A stretch of 64,000 nucleotides of DNA from an uncultured Thermoleophilia bacterium (lineage in GTDB: Bacteria; Actinomycetota; Thermoleophilia; UBA2241), in the NCBI GenBank assembly GCA_963702475.1, contig CAVPCT010000002.1:288001-352000 (forward strand), written 5' to 3'. Of this stretch, positions 58,459 through 64,000 are shown piece by piece (position 1 is the stretch's first letter; each line of letters begins with the position of its first letter). The position numbers and the translations under genes were made by a program. The notes under the pieces are model-generated. The model made no database searches and had not been told where the DNA came from. It worked only from the letters and a program-made list of their open reading frames with translations.

Positions 58459-60181
58459 TCTAGAGAGGCTGCTGGCGCGCGTCACGCGCCCCGGCCGCTA
58501 TATAGGCGGCGAGTTCAACGTCCGCACCAGGCCGGCGGCCCGTCCGCGGCTCGTCCTGTCCTACCCGGACGTGTACGAGATCGGCATCTCCAACCAGGGG
58601 TTGCAGATCCTCTACTCCCTGGTCAACGACGCCACGCCGGCGGCGGCGGAGCGCGCCTACTGCCCGTGGCCCGACATGGCGGATCTCATGCGTGGCTCCG
58701 GGGTGCCCCTGTGGACGCTCGAGACCCTGGCCCCCGTTGCGGCGTGCGACCTGTGGGGCTTCACGCTGCCGCATGAGCTCACGTACACCAACGTGCTCGA
58801 GATGCTCGACCTGGCGGGGGTGCCGCTGTACGCCGCGGCACGCGGCGAGAGGCACCCCATCCTGCTCGGCGGCGGCCCAGGCGTCGCCGACCCCTGGCCG
58901 CTGGCGCCGTTCTTCGACGCCTTCTTCGTCGGCGAGGTCGAGCACCGGCTCGCCGACGTCGTCGCCGCGCTCGAGCGGCCGTCGCGGGCGGCGCGGCTGC
59001 AAGCGCTCGCCGCCGTACCGGGTGTCTGGGCCCCGAGCCTGAGCGCAGGCCCCGCCCGGCGCCAGGTCTTCACGGCCTTCTCGAGCACGATGCCGGTGCT
59101 GCGGCCCGTCGTGCCCGTCCTCGAGGCCGTGCACGACAGGGCGGTCGTGGAGGTCATGCGTGGCTGCACCTCGGGCTGCCGCTTCTGCCAGGCAGGGATG
59201 TGGTACCGCCCGGTCCGCGAGCGGCCGGTGGACATGGTCGTGGAGGCCGCCGACCGTCTGCTCGACGAGACCGGGTGTGACGAGGTCTCCCTGCTGTCAC
59301 TCAGCTCCTGCGACTACTCGGGCATCGAGGAGGCGCTCACGCGCATCCGCGGCCTGCGGCCGGGTTTGCGCGTGTCGCTGCCGTCGCTGCGCATCGACTC
59401 GGCGGCCGAGCAGCTCCGCGGTTTCGCGCGTGATCAGCGCGGGTCCATCACGCTGGCACCCGAAGCCGGCACCCAGGAACTGCGCGACGCCATCAACAAG
59501 GGCGTGGATGACGCGCAGTTCGAAGAGGCGGTGCGAGCCACCTTCTCGGGTGGTTTCACCGGGCTGAAGCTCTACTTCATGATCGGGTTGCCAGGTGAGA
59601 CCGACGACGACGTGCTGGGCATCGCGCGCATGGCCGGCGTGGCAGCGCGGGTGGCGCGCGAGGTCGCCAAGGGCCGCGCGCGCCTCTCGGTCTCGGTCTC
59701 GTCCTACGTGCCCAAACCCCACACACCGCACGAACGCGAGCCGTTCGCCGGCGCCGTGGTCCTGCGGCGCCGGCAGCAGCTGCTGCGCGGCGCGATGCCC
59801 AAGGGGGTGCGGACGTCGTTCCACGACGTCGCCGCGTCCGGCGTGGAGGCCGTGCTCGCGCGCGGCGGGGAGGGCAGTCACCTTCTTGTGGAGGAGGCGT
59901 GGCGCCGCGGCGCCCGCTTCGACGGCTGGAGCGAGCACTTCAGGTACCAGGCGTGGGCCGGCGCGGCGAAGTCTCTCGGCCTGGACCTCGGCGCGGCGGG
60001 AGAAGCACTGCGGGGGGCGCTGCCCTGGTCGGCGGCCGTGGACGCGGGCCTCGACCCGGCATTCCTCGTCGACGAGGCCGGCCGCGGTCGTCGCGGCATG
60101 CTGACGCCGGACTGCCGCGACGGCTCGTGCGCCGCCTGCGGCGTGTGTGGCGACGGCGTCGAGATGGACGTGCTCGCATGA
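58403..60181 (+). CDS. Radical SAM protein (TIGR03960-type)
   Basis: PGRYIGGE, YPDVYEIG, RGCTSGCRFC, SLPSLRID, APEAG, KLYFMIGLP; start uncertain. Confidence 0.88.
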   Translation: MSAFAPGCLDQCGEWPTGDLERLLARVTRPGRYIGGEFNVRTRPAARPRLVLSYPDVYEIGISNQGLQILYSLVNDATPAAAERAYCPWPDMADLMRGSGVPLWTLETLAPVAACDLWGFTLPHELTYTNVLEMLDLAGVPLYAAARGERHPILLGGGPGVADPWPLAPFFDAFFVGEVEHRLADVVAALERPSRAARLQALAAVPGVWAPSLSAGPARRQVFTAFSSTMPVLRPVVPVLEAVHDRAVVEVMRGCTSGCRFCQAGMWYRPVRERPVDMVVEAADRLLDETGCDEVSLLSLSSCDYSGIEEALTRIRGLRPGLRVSLPSLRIDSAAEQLRGFARDQRGSITLAPEAGTQELRDAINKGVDDAQFEEAVRATFSGGFTGLKLYFMIGLPGETDDDVLGIARMAGVAARVAREVAKGRARLSVSVSSYVPKPHTPHEREPFAGAVVLRRRQQLLRGAMPKGVRTSFHDVAASGVEAVLARGGEGSHLLVEEAWRRGARFDGWSEHFRYQAWAGAAKSLGLDLGAAGEALRGALPWSAAVDAGLDPAFLVDEAGRGRRGMLTPDCRDGSCAACGVCGDGVEMDVLA

Positions 60182-60864
60182 CCTGGTGGCTCCTGACGTT
60201 CTCCCGCACGGGACCGGCGCGGTACCTGTCGCACCTCGACACCTCCCGGGCGGTGCAGCGCACCTTTGCGCGCGCGGGCATCCCCCTGGCGCTCTCCCAG
60301 GGCCTGCGGCCCAAGGCGCGGATCTCCTTGCCGCTTCCGCTGCCGGTGGGCGCGGCCGGCTGCGAGGAACTCGCCGTGGTGGAGGTCCCGGACGAAGTGC
60401 AGGCCGGCGCGGCCACGCTGCGCCGGCTGCGCGACGCGTCCCCGCCCGGCCTCGCGCCGAAGACGCTCAACGTTGTCGGGGAGCAGCACCCGCGGCCGCA
60501 GGCCGGGGAAGCGGAGTACGTGTGTGCCCTCGATGGCGACGCAGGCGCGGTGCGCGCGGCCGTCGAACGCTATGCAGAGGAAGCTTCGATCGAGGTCGAG
60601 CGCATGTCTCCCAAGGGCACGCGCGTCCTCGATCTCAAAGAGTACGTTGCGGAGGCCGCGGCCGAGGCCGGTCCGCACGGGGAAGGCGCACGTGTGCGCT
60701 TCACCGTGCGGTACCGGGCGGACGGCGCGGCGCGGCCGCAGGAGTTCATCGACCTCATCGCCGCATGGGCGGGGGTCGACGCGGTGATGCGCGACCTGCA
60801 GAGGGTCCGGATCGCCTGGAGAGGTCTGCCCACGGGCGTGGTCCCTGGGCTGGAAGGAGTGTGA
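60178..60864 (+). CDS. Radical SAM-linked protein (TIGR03936/DUF2344-type)
   Basis: ARYLSHLD...RAGIPLALSQG..P; ATGA overlap with the upstream gene. Confidence 0.85.
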   Translation: MTWWLLTFSRTGPARYLSHLDTSRAVQRTFARAGIPLALSQGLRPKARISLPLPLPVGAAGCEELAVVEVPDEVQAGAATLRRLRDASPPGLAPKTLNVVGEQHPRPQAGEAEYVCALDGDAGAVRAAVERYAEEASIEVERMSPKGTRVLDLKEYVAEAAAEAGPHGEGARVRFTVRYRADGAARPQEFIDLIAAWAGVDAVMRDLQRVRIAWRGLPTGVVPGLEGV

Positions 60865-60868
60865 CGGA

Positions 60869-63814
60869 GTGAGCCCAGCGAAGAAGGCCGCCGGCGGCGA
60901 CGAGTCGGCCACGGCGAAGCAGGGCAAGCCGGCCGCGGAGCCCACGCCGCCGGACGGCGCCGGCAAGACCGATGTGCCCGCCGCCAGCGAGGACGGGGGC
61001 GTGAACGAAGCGGGCGGGCGGCGGCGGCGCGGGTCGCGTGGCGGACGCGGGCGGCGCAAGACGACGCAGCCGGCCGGCGAACAGGCCCAGGGCCGGCCGG
61101 CGCCGGCCGGCCAGGATCAGCCGGCCTCCAGGCCGGACAAGGCAGACCGGACCGTTGCGCAGCGGGGCACGACCGCCGAGCGGCCCGGCGCCGTGCTGCC
61201 GACGGCTCCGCTGATCCCGATCGCCGCTCCCGTTTCCGGGGGCCCCGGGGTCCGTCCGGGGACCGGTCCGGCACCGGCATCTCCGTCCGCGGGGACCGGG
61301 GCGCCGGTCGAGGCCGGCGACGCGAAGCCGCGCTCTCGACGCCGCGGCGGCCGCCGTCGCGGCGAGGAGGGTGCGGCGGGGCAGCAGGCGGCGGCCGTCC
61401 AGGCTCGAGGTGCCTCGCCGTCCGCCCACGCCACCGGCGGCACGGACGCGGCCGGTCCGCCGGTCGCCGCAGAGACGAAGCCGGCCGGGCGGGAAGCCGC
61501 GGCCACCGCCGGGCGGCAGGCGACCCGGCGCTCGTCGGGGCGCAAGCGCGGAACGCCGCCCAGCGCCGGCGAGGGCTCCGCGCCCGTCGCGCCCGAGCAG
61601 GCGGTCGCCGGCGCGGTCCCCGAGGCGGCGCGGGAGTCGGTCGCGGCCGGCATCGGCGAAGCCGCCGAGAGCGATACCTCCGCGTCCCGGACGGTCGGCG
61701 AGACCGCAGCCTCGCGGCGCCGGCACCGCGGCTCACGTGGGGGGCGCCGCCGTCGCAAGGCGGCGGAGATCGCCCACGACGAGGCGGTGCGTGAGGCAGA
61801 AGAGGCGGTCGAGGGAGAGGAACCGGCGAAGGAGGAGACTGAGGGTACGGCCGCAGAGGCCCCCGAGGCCGCAGCGGCCGAGGGCGCCGGCGCGCGCCGC
61901 AGGCGTCGCGGCTCACGCCGCCGCACCGGCGACCAAGGCGAGGGGGAGGAGCCCGCGGGGGAGACCGCTGCGACGCCTTCCGTAGCGGCGCCCGCCGCCG
62001 CGGCGGAGACCGTGCGCGCTACCCGCACGCGGCAGCGCGACCGCCGCCGTCCCAAGGCGATCGTCCGGCAGGACGAGGGCAGCGGACTCGACACCTACAC
62101 GGTCACGGCTCCCAGCCGCCGGATCGACGTCGACGTCGCGGAGCCCAAGCGCAAGGTCATCCTCGCCTCCGACGACGGCCAGGAGCTGCGCGTGGCGCTC
62201 GTGGAGGACGGCCGCCTCGCGGAGATCTACATCGAGCGGCCGGACAAGAAGTCGTACCTCGGCGACATCTACCAGGGCAGGGTCGAGAACGTGCTCGGCG
62301 GCATCGACGCCGCGTTCGTGGACTTCGGCCTGGAAAAGAACGGCTTCCTCTACGTGGACGAGGTCACCACACCGGAGGGCGAGAAGCGCGCCCGCCGTAT
62401 CGGCGACGCGCTGAAGCCTGGGCAGGAGGTGCTGGTCCAGGTCACCAAAGACCCGATGGGCAGCAAGGGCGCCCGGCTCAGCACGAAGATCTCCCTGGCG
62501 GGGCGGTACCTCGTGTACGTGCCCGGCGGGAGCGGGGTGGGCGTGTCACGCCGCCTCTCACAGGGCGAGCGTGACCGGCTTCGCGACATCAGCAAGGAGC
62601 TGAAGCCCAAGAACGCCGGGCTCATCGTGCGCACGATCGCTGAGGGGCACGGGCTGGAGGACCTGAAGCGCGACATGCAGTACCTCTCCCGCCTCTGGTC
62701 ACGCCTCAAGCGAAAGGCGGATACCGTCAAGGCGCCGGGGCTCGTGCACAAGGAGGTCGACATCTCCATCGAAGTGGCGCGCGACCTGTTCAACGACACG
62801 TGCGAGAGCCTGATCGTCGACGACGTCAAACGCCACAAGGCGATCGTCTCATTCCTCGACAAGGAAGCGCCCGAGCTGTTGCCCAAGGTGCATCAGCACA
62901 CGGGCGTCGAGCCGCTCTTCGAGGCTTACGGCATCGAGGAACAGATCGCCAAGGCACTCGAGCGCCGCGTGCCGCTGCCGAGCGGCGGCAACCTGATGAT
63001 CGACCACGCCGAGGCGCTCACCGTCATCGACGTGAACACCGGCCGGTTCACGCGCGGCAAGGGTCTCGAGGACACCATCACCAAGACCAACCTCGAGGCC
63101 GCCCACGAGGTGGTCAAGCAGCTCCGCCTGCGCGACATCGGCGGCATCATCATCATCGACTTCATCGATATGGCGCACGCCGCCAACCGCGAGATGGTGC
63201 TGGCCACGCTCGAGGCCCAGCTGGAGACCGACCGCACGAAGACCTACGTGGTCGAACTCTCGCCCCTGGGCCTTGTCGAGATGACGAGGCAGAACACCAC
63301 CGACGGCGCGCGCGGCATCATGACGCGCTCCTGCCCGTGTTGTACGGGCAAGGGCCGGGTGCTCAGCGAGGAGACCATGGCCCTCGCGGTCGAGCGCCGC
63401 GTGCGTGCGCTGGCGCGCAAGTCGCAGGCCAAGGCCTGGCTCATCGAGGTCAACGGCGGCGTCGCGGACCGGCTCAGCGACCAGCGGCTCAAGAAGCTGG
63501 AGAAGGCGGTCGGCAGTCGCGTGTTCTTCGAGGGCGCGACGTCTCTGCCGGTCGACACCTTCCGCGTCATCGCGGAGGGCACCGCGGCACACGTGCAGGA
63601 GCAGCGCGTCCCGGTCAAGGAGGGTCAGGAGGTCGAGCTGGAGCTCGAGTTCAGTCTCACGTACAGCCCTCGGGACGCTGTCGGCTACATCGACGGGTAC
63701 ATGGTCATCGTGGAGGGCGGCCGGCAGCACCTCGGCCAGCGGCGCAAGGTGAAGATCACCAGCACCGAGCGGACGGGTGCCCATGCGACCGTCGTCAAGC
63801 AGGGGTCGAATTGA
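60869..63814 (+). CDS. rne: Ribonuclease E/G with long disordered N-terminus and C-terminal TRAM domain
   Basis: AAFVDFG, KGARL, IDVNTG, LRDIGGIIIIDFIDM, CPCC zinc link; Arg-rich/acidic N-terminal region. Confidence 0.93.
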   Translation: MSPAKKAAGGDESATAKQGKPAAEPTPPDGAGKTDVPAASEDGGVNEAGGRRRRGSRGGRGRRKTTQPAGEQAQGRPAPAGQDQPASRPDKADRTVAQRGTTAERPGAVLPTAPLIPIAAPVSGGPGVRPGTGPAPASPSAGTGAPVEAGDAKPRSRRRGGRRRGEEGAAGQQAAAVQARGASPSAHATGGTDAAGPPVAAETKPAGREAAATAGRQATRRSSGRKRGTPPSAGEGSAPVAPEQAVAGAVPEAARESVAAGIGEAAESDTSASRTVGETAASRRRHRGSRGGRRRRKAAEIAHDEAVREAEEAVEGEEPAKEETEGTAAEAPEAAAAEGAGARRRRRGSRRRTGDQGEGEEPAGETAATPSVAAPAAAAETVRATRTRQRDRRRPKAIVRQDEGSGLDTYTVTAPSRRIDVDVAEPKRKVILASDDGQELRVALVEDGRLAEIYIERPDKKSYLGDIYQGRVENVLGGIDAAFVDFGLEKNGFLYVDEVTTPEGEKRARRIGDALKPGQEVLVQVTKDPMGSKGARLSTKISLAGRYLVYVPGGSGVGVSRRLSQGERDRLRDISKELKPKNAGLIVRTIAEGHGLEDLKRDMQYLSRLWSRLKRKADTVKAPGLVHKEVDISIEVARDLFNDTCESLIVDDVKRHKAIVSFLDKEAPELLPKVHQHTGVEPLFEAYGIEEQIAKALERRVPLPSGGNLMIDHAEALTVIDVNTGRFTRGKGLEDTITKTNLEAAHEVVKQLRLRDIGGIIIIDFIDMAHAANREMVLATLEAQLETDRTKTYVVELSPLGLVEMTRQNTTDGARGIMTRSCPCCTGKGRVLSEETMALAVERRVRALARKSQAKAWLIEVNGGVADRLSDQRLKKLEKAVGSRVFFEGATSLPVDTFRVIAEGTAAHVQEQRVPVKEGQEVELELEFSLTYSPRDAVGYIDGYMVIVEGGRQHLGQRRKVKITSTERTGAHATVVKQGSN

Positions 63815-63839
63815 CGGTCCCCACGCACTTGGTTATCAT
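63811..63839 (+). promoter_or_regulatory. sigma70-type promoter of rplU
   Basis: TTGACG-17-TATCAT. Confidence 0.7.
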
Positions 63840-63868
63840 TTACGGCCGTTGTCTTTCGGGGAGTTGAA

Positions 63869-64000
63869 ATGACGAAGTCTCATACCACCTACGCGGTCAT
63901 CCGCGTCGGCGGGCAGCAGTACAAGGTGAGCGCCGGCGACACCATCGTCGTCGACCGCGTGGACGCCGACGAGGGCAAGCACGTCACGTATGCCACTCTC
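63869..64000 (+). CDS. rplU: 50S ribosomal protein L21, 5' end (partial)
   Basis: YAVIRVGGQQYKVSAGDTIVVDR. Confidence 0.92.
   Translation, partial: MTKSHTTYAVIRVGGQQYKVSAGDTIVVDRVDADEGKHVTYATL

Noticed and set aside
58403-58470. Frameshift at the start of the radical SAM gene
   Set aside because: An in-frame TTG at 58403 with AAAGGA upstream explains the gene without one.

Overview
High-GC bacterial chromosome segment, most consistent with a basal Actinomycetota lineage (Thermoleophilia-like; inferred from the MreB N-terminus, Lhr-Nei linkage, TRAM-tailed RNase E/G and Gram-positive LexA boxes) with an anaerobic amino-acid-fermenting lifestyle. The left third holds the oxidative ornithine pathway (ord end, ortAB, oraSE, mutase reactivase), lhr with a decayed nei, a cluster of secreted surface proteins, and an orr-arcE-OTC operon. 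The middle holds two tandem GT39 protein O-mannosyltransferases, satP, a secreted TNT-like protein, hutI, a lexA operon, five tRNAs and a second near-identical surface protein gene. The right part is housekeeping (tig-clpP-clpX-lon, valS-folC, ndk-maf-mreBCD-mrdA-rodA, radical SAM pair, rne, rplU). The most notable signals are four. (1) An unnamed, basic ~95-aa C-terminal domain ends four secreted-protein genes, a candidate surface sorting/anchoring signal. (2) Two copies of a surface protein gene have nucleotide-identical framework segments separated by hypervariable blocks, and one copy is frameshifted. (3) A recurring TCAAG-N15-G(C/A)CGATAG sigma28/WhiG-type promoter. (4) An arginine synthetase linked to B12-dependent ornithine catabolism. 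All family calls come from motif recognition; no database searches were run.
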